Source of the DNA: Sminthopsis crassicaudata | Lineage: Eukaryota | NCBI RefSeq assembly: GCF_048593235.1 | Contig: NC_133617.1 | Location: 713,601,158-713,664,957 of the forward strand | Reading direction: 5' to 3' | DNA: 63,800 nucleotides | Shown: positions 23,815 through 35,545 of the stretch, in pieces | Layout: each line of letters starts with the position of its first letter | Numbering within the stretch: the stretch's first letter is position 1 | Made by a program: the position numbers and the translations under genes | Notes under the pieces: model-generated | Seen by the model: the letters and a program-made list of their open reading frames with translations, nothing else | Database searches by the model: none | Told to the model about the DNA's origin: nothing

Positions 23815-24060
23815 TCATGTTATTTTTCATTCATTTGACTCTTTGTGACCCCATTTGATGGTTTCTTGGCAAAGATACAGGAGTGGCTTGTCATTACTTT
23901 CTCCAGTCCATTTTTCATATGAGGAAACTGAGGCAAAATGTTTGGGTAACTTGCCCAAGATCATACAACTAGTAAATGTCTGAGGCCAGATTTGAACTCA
24001 GAAAGATGAGTCTTCTTGACTCCAGGCCAGCTACTCCATCTACTCTCTACTAGCTGCTCC
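23815..24060 (-). mobile_element. MAR1-type SINE, well preserved
   Basis: GACTCTTTGTGACCCCATTTG..GTTTCTTGGCAAAGATACAGGAGTGG...GAGGAAACTGAGGCA...GTCTGAGGCCAGATTTGAACTCAGAAAGATGAGTCTTC. Confidence 0.95.
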
Positions 24061-25404
24061 CATTGTATTCATATCTAGACTTTATTTTGATTGCTTTATA
24101 AGTGGAAGAAATGAATTAGGAATTAGGAAGCATAAAAACATACCAATTGCTAAACTTGGAATCAAAAAATATGTGGGAAAAAATTCTTCCCTTCATACTG
24201 GCTGTGTATCAATGGAAAAGTCATTTTATGTCCCTGAGACTCATTTTTTCCACCAAAGGGAAATAATAACTCTCATATATAAAAATAATATCATGTACGA
24301 TATTTGTGAGGTTTAAGTAGGATATATATACACATATACATACATATAAGAAACATATGTATGTACATATGCATACTCTACCATATTAATGAGATTTGAA
24401 GCAATGGGAATATACCATGCATTTTGATATTTGTAAAGCACTTTAAATACATTATCTTACTTGAATCTCAAAACCAACCAATTAATAGTCTTTCATAAGA
24501 ATTTGCAAGACTGTTCTCAGTTCTTGGAATAGAAACATAAGAAAGAAATAGTTCCTGCTTTCATGGAGCTTTTTTTTTTCTTAAATTAAACTGGATCTCC
24601 TTATATAATCCAGCTAGAGCAGCCACTCATGAGCTCTTCTCTACTGCTGATCAGCATGAAAGCTTTAACTTGCTTTATTCAGTTTACCTTCCTTAGACTA
24701 CCTGTGGCCCTCATTCCCAGAGGCTCATCATATTGGTTCTATACACCGGATAGACTTAGCCCCACTGCCGCTCTGAGATCCTGAGCTCAATCCATTTACC
24801 AATAGTGGGGACTGTTTCACACTTGCTAGAGCCTATATTCTTATATCTCTCTGTGGTAGACTCTACAACAGGTATTCTTGTCCCCACTTGTCAGATAAGA
24901 AAGATAGACAGAGAGACTTAGCCATGGTCACAGCTTTTTCAAACTCTGGTCTTCCTGACTCCACGTCCAAGCACCTGCCCCCTACAGCACATAGTTGGAA
25001 TGTTGGAAGAAACCTTAGTAATCATTCAGTTCAATGTTGGGGAAACGACATGATGAAATGGAAGGAACAATGCCTTTGGCATCCAAAGAACTGGATTCAA
25101 ATATTCTTTATCTGAGTAACTACACAGGTTTCTTGATCTCTGATTCCCACTTGGGTCATGTAAAAATTAGGAATGATGTCTATGACACTTTTTCTCTCCC
25201 TCCAAGATACTATATATGTGAACCATTTTATGAATGAAGAAACTGAAGTCCAGGGTGATTGTGGCTTCTTGAAGGATATTTTGTAAGAGATAAAGCTTGC
25301 TTTCATAGCATCAACCTCCAAAAATCCCTAAAATATGCTAGCTTCCATGAAACCACTGCAGAACTCATGCCTTTAGTCAAGCCTGGGCTGAATGTTTTCA
25401 TATC

Positions 25405-26130
25405 GTCATTCATTCAACAGACATTTATTTATTGAGCATTCAATATAGAAAGTATTGTGTCAGGTACTGAAATGGCGAAAGATGGATAAGCCAGAAGTCA
25501 AGGATCATACAGTTAAGTACGGGAATTTAATATATTTGACATTATGTGTGTAAACGTATGTGTATGCATATACATAAATATATTATAGAGTGATAAATAT
25601 ACAAGAAAAAAGGATAAATTGTCCATGAATTTAGAAATGGGAAAATGTCATTTATGTTTCAATGGAATGGGGGAGGAGAGGTGAAGAGTAGGGAACCATG
25701 GAGAATTTCAATGAGGGGGTCCTATTTGGACTAAGCTGTGAACAATAAGTAGAATTTCAATACAGTTAAGAGAAAAAGAGTAATATTTTAAATATACGCA
25801 ACAGTATGGGCAAAGGCTCAGAGGTGGGACATCATGGAGTGTTCCTGGAAAATAGCACAGAATTCAGTTTGATTATAGAATAGGGTATGTGAAGGAGAAT
25901 AGCAAGAAAAGACTGGAAAGATAAATTGGAGACATGTTATGGAAAGACTTTGTTGAAGATGATTTGATAAATAGAAGAGAGACATTGAAAGCATCTGAGC
26001 TGAACAAAGACATAGAAAGAGTTATGTGTTAGGGAAAAAAGGAATCAAATAAGCACATAAGGGTAAATTGGAAGGCTGAAATTCTAAAGATAGAGAGATA
26101 AGTTGGATAGTTTTTAGATCAATTGTAAGT
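25405..26130 (-). mobile_element. L2 LINE 3' region
   Basis: Starts ATTCATTCAACAGACATTTATTTATTGAGCA (reverse L2 terminus), continues with purine-rich L2 motifs. Confidence 0.85.
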
Positions 26131-26209
26131 TTATTATCATGTATACAAAGGAATATTTCTCATTATTGGTCTAAACTTCTCTCAGATTTCCAGGAATTAC
26201 TCATTTCTG

Positions 26210-26420
26210 TTCTATAAGGCACAGTGGTAAGAGCAATGGATTTAAAGTCAGGGTGACCTAAGTTCGAATCTATCTTCAGTTTCTGGGAAAGAAATGTAAC
26301 CTCCCTCTGACTCAATTTCTTCATCTGTAAAATGGACCAAAAAATAGCAAATAATCATAGAATTATGAGAATCAAATGAGTGCTTTGCAAACCTTAAAAT
26401 GTTATATAAATGCTCACTTG
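26210..26420 (+). mobile_element. MIR SINE
   Basis: GGCACAGTGGTAAGAGCAATGGATTT...CTCAATTTCTTCATCTGTAAAATGG...GTGCTTTGCAAACCTTAAA..TATATAAATG. Confidence 0.9.
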
Positions 26421-26479
26421 ATAACATCCTAGCCATTTTCTTGATTATTTTAGTTGCTCTTTCTTGCACTTTCACTTAA

Positions 26480-27005
26480 TGAAAATCTTAGAGTTAAAGG
26501 AAATCTTGGTGGCCACTTAGTCAAAACTCCTCTCAGCCTTTGCTTAAACTCTCCATTTCTGAAGAAGTCACTCACTCCAGAGGTGGCTCATTCTGCATCA
26601 GGAGAGCTCTTAACTATTAGGAACCTTTTCTTTCTACTAAACCTACATTTTCTCTTTACCAGTTACCCATTGTATCTAGATTGGCTCTCTGAGCTCAAGA
26701 ATAAATCCCTTTTCTACAAAACCTGATCAGCTCTCCCTCTAGTCTTCTCTGTACCATGTACTAATCTTCCTACTTTATTGTATGGTAAATCCTCAATATA
26801 CTTTACCATCCAGGTAAAATATGAATAAAATCATCCAACTTGTTTAGCATCTTTCCTCAATGCAGTTTCAAGAAGGGGAAGCATGATCCATTTGTGGTTT
26901 GTCTGGGGCAAAGTCAAGTTTTATTATAACTCTTGTTGGTGTAATTTTAGCTCAATGAACTATATCTAAGTATTACATGATTTTGGCAAAGAATAAGCAA
27001 AGAAA
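26480..27005 (-). mobile_element. L3/CR1 LINE fragment
   Basis: CTTTGCTTAAACTCTCC...GCTCATTCTGCATCAGGAGAGCTCTTAACTATTAGGAA (reverse L3 3' region). Confidence 0.75.
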
Positions 27006-27129
27006 TTAATATTTCTTAATTGATTCCTTACTCAAGGACACTGAAATAATCAGTGAGAAAATGATCCTAGCCTCTTCAGGACCTGATTCATGAAAACATA
27101 CTATTTTTAAATAAATTAGAAGGAAAAAT

Positions 27130-27660
27130 ATACATGATAACTTTATTATATGTCTGAATTGTCTTAGGAAGATTCTGAAGATCATCTGGCATGATAAGAT
27201 ACCAAACTCAGCTGCCAAACATTCCAATTCTGCTGCAGAGAGCACAACTCTGTTGGGCTGGCACATTGTTGAAATGTCAAATATACATTTGCCAAAAAGA
27301 TTATTTTATGGGCAAGCACTCAGAAGATGGTCAAAAGAGTGATACAAGAAAAAAATTAAAATTTAAAATTAAAAAAGTGATAGAAAAACACTCTCAAGGT
27401 CTCTCAAAAACTTTAGATTTGATTGTATTTAAGATATACTATAACACATTTAACATGTATGAGACTGCCTGCCATCTAAGAATTGGGGATGAAGGGAGAG
27501 AAGGGAAAAGTAGAAACAGAAGTGAGTGCAAGGGACGATATTGAAAAATTACCCATGCATATGTTCTGTCAATAAAAAGCTATATTTTTAAAAAGAACTT
27601 TAGATTTGATTGTATGTATGACATGGGAGACACTGATCATCCAGTATGGTGTAAGCAGGA
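27130..27660 (+). mobile_element. RTE LINE (marsupial RTE) ORF C-terminal fragment, interrupted by L1
   Basis: Frameshifted translation LNCLRKILKIIWHDKIP / QLPNIPILLQRAQLCWAG resembles the RTE ORF C-terminal motif (...LLQRAQLRWAGHV.RM...). Confidence 0.85.
27429..27595 (+). mobile_element. 5'-truncated L1 3' end with 20-bp TSD
   Basis: TAACATGTATGAGACTGCCTGCCATCTA...GAAGTGAGTGCAAGGGA...GTTCTGTCAATAAAAAG; flanked by AACTTTAGATTTGATTGTAT at 27409-27428 and 27596-27615. Confidence 0.9.
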
Positions 27661-27899
27661 TTTAATTAGCTCCACAGTGGATTTAAACTTCATGTGCAAT
27701 CATCCTTTTTATTAAACTTTCATGGAAATGCTAGTTTTATTCCATAAACTAAAAATTATTAAATGAGAGAGGCAGCATGATATAGTATCAGGAATAACTG
27801 GATTCAAATCCTAATAGATATTTACCATGTGACCCTGAACAATCCATTTACCCACTCTAGCCTCAGTTTCCTCATCTGTATAAAGAGTAGGTTGATGGA

Positions 27900-28395
27900 A
27901 GTCCTTATCATCTCATACCTAGACTATTGTAGCATCTTACTATTCTTTTTCAGACCACAACAGTCTCCCCATCCCAGTCTATCCTCCCCTCCATTCAGAT
28001 GTCAAATCGACCTTAAAGCACAAATCTGACTGTAACACTTCTTCTAAATAACCTCCAGTAATTCCCTAACCTCCAGGTTCAAATATTAAATCTTCTGTTT
28101 GACATTCAAAACTTCATAATCCATCTCTCTTCCCCCACCTTTCAATCTAATGACACTGACTTTTTGTTGTACCTTGAACCAAAAACTCCAGGTATTTTCA
28201 CTGATTGTCCCCTGTGCTTGGAACTCTTTCCTTCCTCATCTTTGTCTCCTGCCTTCCCATAGTTTATTTGTACATAGCCCTTTGCTCCCCTTTTCTGGGA
28301 TTTCTTTTATAACCGTGAGTTCGTTTTACCTTTTTCTCTCTCCCAAATGCTTAGTCTGACACACAATAGACATTTAATAAGTGTTTACTGACCAA
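27900..28395 (+). mobile_element. L2 LINE 3' end
   Basis: CATCTCATACCTAGACTATTGTAGCATC...CTTAGTCTGACACACAATAGACATTTAATAAGTGTTTACTGAC. Confidence 0.88.
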
Positions 28396-29129
28396 CTTAA
28401 TGGATTCTAAGAGATTGTACTGCCCTAAATCTATGATCCTATACCATTTTCTTAGGGGAAAATATATCATTGTCTGGGTTCACATGAAATAAAATAATAT
28501 TTAATCAGAAATTTTGTCACATTAATAAAAGCTATCAATTGAATGAAATATTCTACTAGAAATTTGAACTTCTTTGAAACAATTGTTTCATATTAAAAGC
28601 TTGATAATCCTACTATCTTTTGAGGATGCTCTTTTGAAGACCTAGGTGAAGGAATATAATAATTATTTTTAACAGCACAATAACGATATATACTTTTTCT
28701 ATATGACTTCAGAGGATAAAATTAGGAATAATGGGTAGAAATTAAAGATGCAGATTTAACCTTACTGTCTGAAAAAACTACCTTCCCAATGGAATATCCC
28801 TTCTTAACCAGGTATAACTATATGTATTAGAATGGACAAGATAGAAGATTTAGGGAACCCTATTCTACTGGGCTAATCTCTTCATCTATGTGAATGATAC
28901 ACTTGCAATCCAAAGACATGGACTTCAGTTCCTTGCTCTTCCCTTCATTAGTTATTGTAGGAAGGTCATTTTACTGCTCTGACCCTCATTAGTTTCTCTA
29001 CAAAATAGGTGTAATTACACTTGTGCTTCATCAAAAAATTTTTCAGTCAAGACAGTTCATGAAGACATTGCAACGTTTTTGAAAATTACAAGCTTGGGCA
29101 AAATTATTCCAATGATGATGAAACAGAAT

Positions 29130-29545
29130 GATGATGTGGTAGTCACTCTGTATTCCTTTTTAATCAGAGAATATATTGAATATTTCATTTCATTCTGAGT
29201 GCCCCAATTTAAGAAGGATGTTGATAAGCTAGAGAGTGTCCAGTGGAATACAAGTAAATCAATGAAAGGCCTTAAATGCATGTCATGAAAAGCTTTTTTA
29301 TCCAGAGAAAAGATGTCTCATAAAGGGCATGTTGTGTTCAAGTATTTGAAGGATTGTGATAAAGAGAAGGGATGAGACTCGCTCTGTTTAAATCTAGTGG
29401 ACAAAACCCAGAACAATGACAGAAATTGCAAAACGGCCCGTTTGGGTCAGATGTCTTAAAAGTTGGAGATATCTATTAGTGGAATGAGGGACCATCGGAA
29501 ATAAAAGGTATCTTCAAGCAGAGATTTGGATGATGATTTCTACAC
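29130..29545 (+). mobile_element. L3/CR1 LINE 3' coding fragment
   Basis: TTCTGAGTGCCCCAATTTAAGAAGGATGTTGATAAGCTAGAGAGTGTCCAG...TTCAAGTATTTGAAGGATTGT...TTCAAGCAGAGATTTGGATG. Confidence 0.9.
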
Positions 29546-29769
29546 TATGGTTATCTTCGGTTGGATTGCAAGTGTATCATTCACATAGAAGTAGAGATTA
29601 GCCCAGTAGAATAGGGTTCCCTAAATCTTCTATCTTGTTCCATTCTTATACATATATTTATACCTAGTTAAGAAGGGGTATTCCACTGGGAAGGTAGTTT
29701 TTTCAGACATTAAGGTTAAATCTGCCTCTTTAATTTCTACCCATTATTCCTAATGGTTTGAAGTATAGA

Positions 29770-29892
29770 TTAGAAAGCTAGTAGGATTCCTTTCAAATCT
29801 GAAATTCTATGATTCTGTGATCCTCATTCCATGACTCCATGATTTTGTGATTGTCATTCCATGATTCTTTGTTATTCCATGAGTTTTGTGAT
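29770..29892 (+). repeat. CR1/MIR3 terminus with degenerate (ATTCYRTG)n tail
   Basis: CCTTTCAAATCTGAAATTCTATGATTCTGTGAT followed by several ATTCCATGA-like units. Confidence 0.75.
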
Positions 29893-30559
29893 TAAAAGAA
29901 CTCTCATGTACTACCTAACAGCTTTTTTATTTCTGTCTATATTCATTTTCTGGGGTGGATAAAACTTTCTACATCTTCCACTCGTTTCAGACTGATAGTA
30001 CTGCACACATGCACTTGCTTTCTACCTCATTTAAAATGGGAAAAACATTTTCATGGAATAGATCTTTTTATCATGCACATCTTTTCATAAACATAGCTGG
30101 TGATTAAATAGTTAGCAAGTGCATGATATAGTCCACTGCCTTTCCAAGGTCATTATAATTGGCAGATGGGAAAAGTTTCATCCTATCAACTCTCAGAATG
30201 GTGCAGGCTGGCTTCTTGCTTGACAGAGCAGTAAAATAGATGGATTCTGCTTTAGCTGACAGAAGGCTGCATGACAAACAGCCAAGTCATCAAACTGTAT
30301 TATTTTTAACCAACGTGGATTATTCTCCCTGTAAAGCAAAACCACATCTTTGTTTATTTCCCCCGAGACTGTACTCCCCTCTCTGCTGAAACATCCTTCC
30401 CAAATTTTTATGATCCTCAAAGAGCACGAATCTTTTCTGCATTAAAGGTGATCCTATCATCAAAACAGCTTAATGGCACTAAAATAAGTTGATCCCAATA
30501 ATTTGAAGTGGAACAGGCAGCAAGTTAGAATGTGGCAAAATGTCCGATACAGGAAGGGT

Positions 30560-30800
30560 TTAATGAACACATGGAATAGTAGGAAAGGGCTCAACAGGGA
30601 GTCAGAAAACCTGGGTCTGAGTCCTGAACCAGCTCTTCTCCTTAGTAACAGTGTCACAACAAGGCAGGACACTTAACCTCCCAAAAGTATTTCCTCTATT
30701 GTAAAATGATAATAGCAATATTTGTTCTACCGACATCAAGGGATCATTGTGAAGATCAGAAAAACATGTGAAAGTGTTCTATAACATTAGAGGTATGAAG
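30560..30800 (+). mobile_element. MIR SINE
   Basis: GGAGTCAGAAAACCTGGGTCTGAGTCCTG...ACTTAACCTC...ATTGTAAAATGATAATAGCAATA. Confidence 0.85.
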
Positions 30801-30809
30801 TGGGAATTA

Positions 30810-30990
30810 ATATTGTTGGTGGTACTAGTCTTTTTCTCCTCCTCTTCCATCACTTTCCCTCCTCTGTCTCTGTCTCTCTCCCTTCTCATCTTTTCTTCTT
30901 CCTCTTCCTCCTTTTCCTCCTCCTCCTTATTCATCTTCTTTTTTGATGTTCCCTTTTACTCTTCCTCTTCACCTTTTTTTTTATCTATAG
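30810..30990 (+). repeat. (TCC/TTC)-rich polypyrimidine tract
   Basis: Direct. Confidence 0.9.
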
Positions 30991-31032
30991 TTTAACTATA
31001 TTGTATAGTTTCCTTCTCTAATATTTAATGTT

Positions 31033-31731
31033 TTTCATATGCCCAAAGGGCTATCAAACTGTGCATTCCCTTTGATCCAGCAGTGTTTCTACTGTGTCTG
31101 GATCCCAAAGAGATCATAAAAATGGGAAAAGGGACCCATATGTGCAAAAATATCTGTGACAGCCCTTTTTGTAGTGGCCAGAAACTGGAAACTGAGTGGA
31201 TGCCCATTCAGTTGGAGAATGGCTAAATAAGTTATGGTATATGAATGTTATGGAATATTATTATTCTATAAGAAACGACCAGCAGGATGATTTCAGAGGG
31301 ACCTGGAGACTTACAAGAACTGATGCTGAGTGAAATGAGCAGAATCAGGAGATCATTGTACCCAGCAACAGCAAGATTATGTGATGATTAACTGTGACTG
31401 ACTTGGGTCTTTTCAACAATGAGGTGATTCAGACCAGTTCCTATAGTCTTGAGGATGAGAGAGCCATCTGCATCCAGAGAGAGACTGTGGGAACTGACTG
31501 AATTTCAATACAATGTTGTACGTTGTTCTTTGCTTGCATTTTTTTTTCTGTCCCATTTTTCTTCCGTTTGATCTGATTTTTCTTGCACAGCATGTTTAGA
31601 AGAATTGCACATGTTTAACCTATATAGGATGGCTTGCTGTCTCGATGGGAAGAGAGAAAAATTTGGAACAAAAGATTTTATAAGGGTAAATATTGAAAAC
31701 TATCTTTGCATATATTTTAAAAATTAAAAAT
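31033..31731 (+). mobile_element. 5'-truncated L1 (ORF2 C-terminus + 3' UTR) with 12-bp TSD
   Basis: Degenerate ORF2 end AQRAIKLCIPFDPAV...ARNWKLSGCP..GEWLNKLWYMNVMEYY; TSD ATATTTAATGTT at 31021-31032 and 31732-31743. Confidence 0.95.
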
Positions 31732-32019
31732 ATATTTAATGTTCTGTAGACTATACCATAAGTAGATAAAATATCTGTTTTGTGGTTGAATATTAATATT
31801 GGTATGTAAACTCATCTTCTGTTAGGCTCACTAAAACTGTCACCACCATCACCACCACTACTATATTCATGATATCACTTTTAAAATTCATTGTTTCTTG
31901 TTTAATTTGAAATGTCAAAAGCTGTATGAGTTATGGGTTGCAAAGGGAAGAGATGATTTGGGATCAGAATGTAATTACATGTTTGATCCTTTCATCATGA
32001 AAACAAAACTTGATAGGAA

Positions 32020-32225
32020 TATGTAATATATCTATATCTATATCTATATATAATTTATATATATACATACATATGTATATACACACATATGTATATACCC
32101 AAATATAAATATATACATGTGTATTTATATAGAGAGAGTGTATTATATATAAAATATACATGTTTATATATTTTATATGTATATATATATATGTACATAT
32201 ATATAATTTTTTGTATACACATATG
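32020..32225. repeat. Degenerate (TA)n/(TATC)/(CA) microsatellite
   Basis: Direct. Confidence 0.92.
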
Positions 32226-33554
32226 ATTTTTATTTTGAGCATGCTACTTTAAAGCTCACTTACCATAAAATATAAGTTCCTGGGAGACAGGGACTTTGTC
32301 ATTTTTACATTTGTTCCTTCAGTGCTTAGCATAATGCCTGTCACATAATAGAGCATTCAAATCCAGATCTACTTTCTTGTCTTGCAGTTCCAAGCTGTAT
32401 CTATTGCCCACCCCGCTCACTCCTTACTTCCTCTCTTTGGTTTTTAGATTGCAGAAGTGGAAGTACTGGATTAAAATTATGAAGAGATGCATTTGGCTTG
32501 ACCTGATAGAAATCCCAAAGTAAAAAGGCCAACCTTCAGAGAGCAATTAGATTTCTTCAAGCAAGGGCTGACTGATAACTTGGCAGGGATACTAATGAGG
32601 GAATTGTTTTTCAGGTGGAATTTGGACATGATCTATATTGAAGCTCCTTCTAATTCTTAAATTCTGTGATTATATATAAAATGGGACAGAGAAGGAGCTT
32701 TAATACAAAAAGAGGACTGATATAATCAGGGGATAATTAAAAAAAACATACCTTCTATGGTGTTTTGGGGGGGAGTTTGTTTTGCCTTCAAATTTTGCTG
32801 TTAGTAGAAATTTAAGTGATGTCTAGCCAGGAAGTACCATGCAGTGCTGGATGAAGTCTGTATTTAGAACTAGAAGACATTTGTTTTGGAGTCCGGGATT
32901 CATTTCTTGCTAGCTGAGTGACCTTGGGAAAGCTACAAAAATTCTTAATGAAATGGAATTTCTTCAAGCACATGGGTGGTTTGGAGGGTAGAGTACCAAA
33001 ATTGGATTCAGGAAGATCTGAGGCAAAATCCTACCTCAGAGATTTTTACTAGGAATGTGACCCTGAGAAATCCTTTAGTCTCTTCATGCCTCAGTTTCCT
33101 CATCTGTTAAATAGAGTTTCTCTATTTCCCAAAATTGTTTTGAAAATCAAATGAGGTAATAATAAGTACTAAAATCTTTGCAAATCTTAGACCACCATGT
33201 AAACATTTGTCTACTGCTATTTATTTGTACAAGTGACCTCAAAGATTTTTCAAGAAGGTCAAATGAGATGATGATTATAAAATATTTTGCAAAAAATATA
33301 GATATGAGCTATTTTTATGATTATAAAAAAGTAAAAATTATCAGCACAGATACTTTTAATGAAATGAAATCTGGTGTTTAAGTGTCATAAAAAGAACAAA
33401 AATTCCCATAGGCTGAATTGAAAGTTCAAAATCACTGAATCAAGTGGCCTTAGAAACAGACTGGCAGATTTCCCAGATGGTGATAATTGCTTTGGAAATG
33501 CATAGGAAAGGTGCTATATAACAATGTAGGATAGCTGGTTGCCCCTCCCTCCCT

Positions 33555-33760
33555 CTTAATAAGATGCATTGTAGGGTAAATAGAGCTGTGGACCTCAAGT
33601 CAGGAAGACCTGACACTCCTAGCTTTGTAACTGAGCACAAGTCACATAACCTTTGTGATCATTTTTCTCATCCACAAAATGGAGGTAATAAAGCCCATAG
33701 TATTTACCATGGAGAGTTGTCATAGAGCCCATATGAGATAATGTATGTAGAATGCTTAAA
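33555..33760 (+). mobile_element. MIR SINE
   Basis: GACCTCAAGTCAGGAAGACCTG...AAGTCACATAACCT...TTTCTCATCCACAAAATGGAGGTAATAA. Confidence 0.85.
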
Positions 33761-33789
33761 AAACAGTCAGTCATTTAAATAGCACCTAT

Positions 33790-34125
33790 TTTTTTTTTAA
33801 TTTATGGAATAAAATAAGCATTTTCACAACACAGTACAATAAAAAAGATGATTATGCATGAAATAGCAAATCTATCATGCACCACCTGCTAATCCTTTCA
33901 AACACACAACAAAACCATCATATAAATTTCTTTTTTTTTCTTTTTTCTCCCCTTTTCTCCATTCCAGAGATGGCCACCATTAGACACACACATACCAAAA
34001 AAACATATATATATACAATTATTTTATACAATGCTTCTGTTTATCAATTTTTTTCCTCTGGATGCAGATAGCTTTACTCCTTATATGTCCCATAGAGTCA
34101 ACTTGGATACCTTGTATACAAAATA
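33790..34125 (-). mobile_element. Marsupial L1 3' UTR fragment
   Basis: Poly-T then AATTTATGGAATAAAATAAGCATTT...AAAAAAGATGATTATGCATGAAA..GCAAATCTA. Confidence 0.7.
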
Positions 34126-34129
34126 ACCT

Positions 34130-34220
34130 ACTTATTATTAATTATTTAATAATTATAATATATAATATTAATATACTGATTAATTATAATATTAATATAT
34201 ACTGTATTAATTAGATATAA
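34130..34220. repeat. Almost pure A/T low-complexity tract
   Basis: Direct: TAATTATAATATATAATATTAATAT... Confidence 0.9.
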
Positions 34221-34898
34221 TATTAATTAATTATTAATCTGGTCTCTGCATCCAGACTAATCTGCCTTTTCTACCAACCCCTCAAATGCGCACATTATCC
34301 TTTCCCAACGTTGAATCTTTGTTTATGCTTTTTTCCCATTGCCTAAAATTCTCTTTCGCTTCTCAAATCATTGTTACTCTTCAATATTGAGTTCAACCCT
34401 TACTTCCTCTAGTAAACCATCTGTGACTTTTCTTATCAGTTAGGTCCTGTGTCTTTCCAGAGCAGCAGCAGCATATAGAACATCATAATGAATTAATTAT
34501 CAATCATTTTTTAAGTATCCACTATATACCAGTTTAGGTCCTAGGCATTATATATTTTAATATTGTTATATAGTTTATTTCCTTCAAATTTAAAAATCTT
34601 CAGTGGCTCCCTATTGCCTTTGAGTTTTCAAGCTTAGTTTATATCCTGATATAAAAGCTTTAAAAAGCTTTTTTACAATCTAGCTTCTACCTCCATTTTC
34701 ATTTTAGTTCATTCTACTCTTTTTCATGTATACTCCATTCCAGTGACGGTGGTACACTAAATATTTATATAACCCACCATGACTTTTGCACAGACTATTT
34801 CAGCTGCCTGGAATGAGCTCCCTCCTTACCTATAATTTTCATCATCCCTTTTATTGTTTATTTTATTTTTTATTAGTGTTATTTTTATTGTTTGTTTA

Positions 34899-35125
34899 TT
34901 GTTGTTGAGTAATTTTTAGTTGTGCCCAACTCTTTATGACCCCATTGGGGATTTTCTTCACTAAGATACTGGAATGGTTTTGCCATTTTCTTCTCTAGCT
35001 TATTTTACAGGTCAGAGAACTCAGGAAAATAGAATTACCCATGGTCACACAGCTATTAAACGTCTGAGGATAGATTTGAACTCAGAAAGAAACATCATCC
35101 GTGACTCCAGGTCTACCTCCTGGCT
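34899..35125 (-). mobile_element. MAR1-type SINE
   Basis: CAACTCTTTATGACCCCATTGGGGATTTTCTT...AAGATACTGGAATGGTTT.GCCATTTTCTTCTCTAGCT.ATTTTACAG. Confidence 0.92.
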
Positions 35126-35149
35126 AATTCTTCCCAGAAATTAGTATTC

Positions 35150-35320
35150 NNNNNNNNNNNNNNNNNNNNNNNNNNNNNNNNNNNNNNNNNNNNNNNNNNN
35201 NNNNNNNNNNNNNNNNNNNNNNNNNNNNNNNNNNNNNNNNNNNNNNNNNNNNNNNNNNNNNNNNNNNNNNNNNNNNNNNNNNNNNNNNNNNNNNNNNNNN
35301 NNNNNNNNNNNNNNNNNNNN
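35150..35320. other. Assembly gap (171 N)
   Basis: Direct. Confidence 1.
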
Positions 35321-35545
35321 ACTTCTTGAGGGCAGGAAGTGTTTCATTCTTTTCTTTACACCCCCCAATGCTTAGCACAGGGAGAACCTTGAATACAGTA
35401 GCATTGAATAAATTACTGTTTGATCAAATTATCAAATGTTATATTCTCTGTCCTTGGCTAGATTGTAAACTTCTTGAGAGCAAGAATGTCAGAATACCAA
35501 GGATGGTGCTAAGTATGTGGTAGATGCTCAATAAACACCTTTTTA
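35321..35545 (+). mobile_element. Two adjacent L2 3' termini
   Basis: CTTCTTGAGGGCAGGAAG...GCTTAGCACAGG and CTAGATTGTAAACTTCTTGAGAGCAAG...GTAGATGCTCAATAAAC. Confidence 0.8.

Noticed and set aside
27191-27544. 117-aa ORF
   Set aside because: Chimera of a frameshifted RTE remnant and an inserted L1 3' UTR; not a host gene.
29803-29892. Regular short repeats resembling a CRISPR-like array
   Set aside because: No unique spacers of constant length; CR1 tail slippage in a eukaryote.
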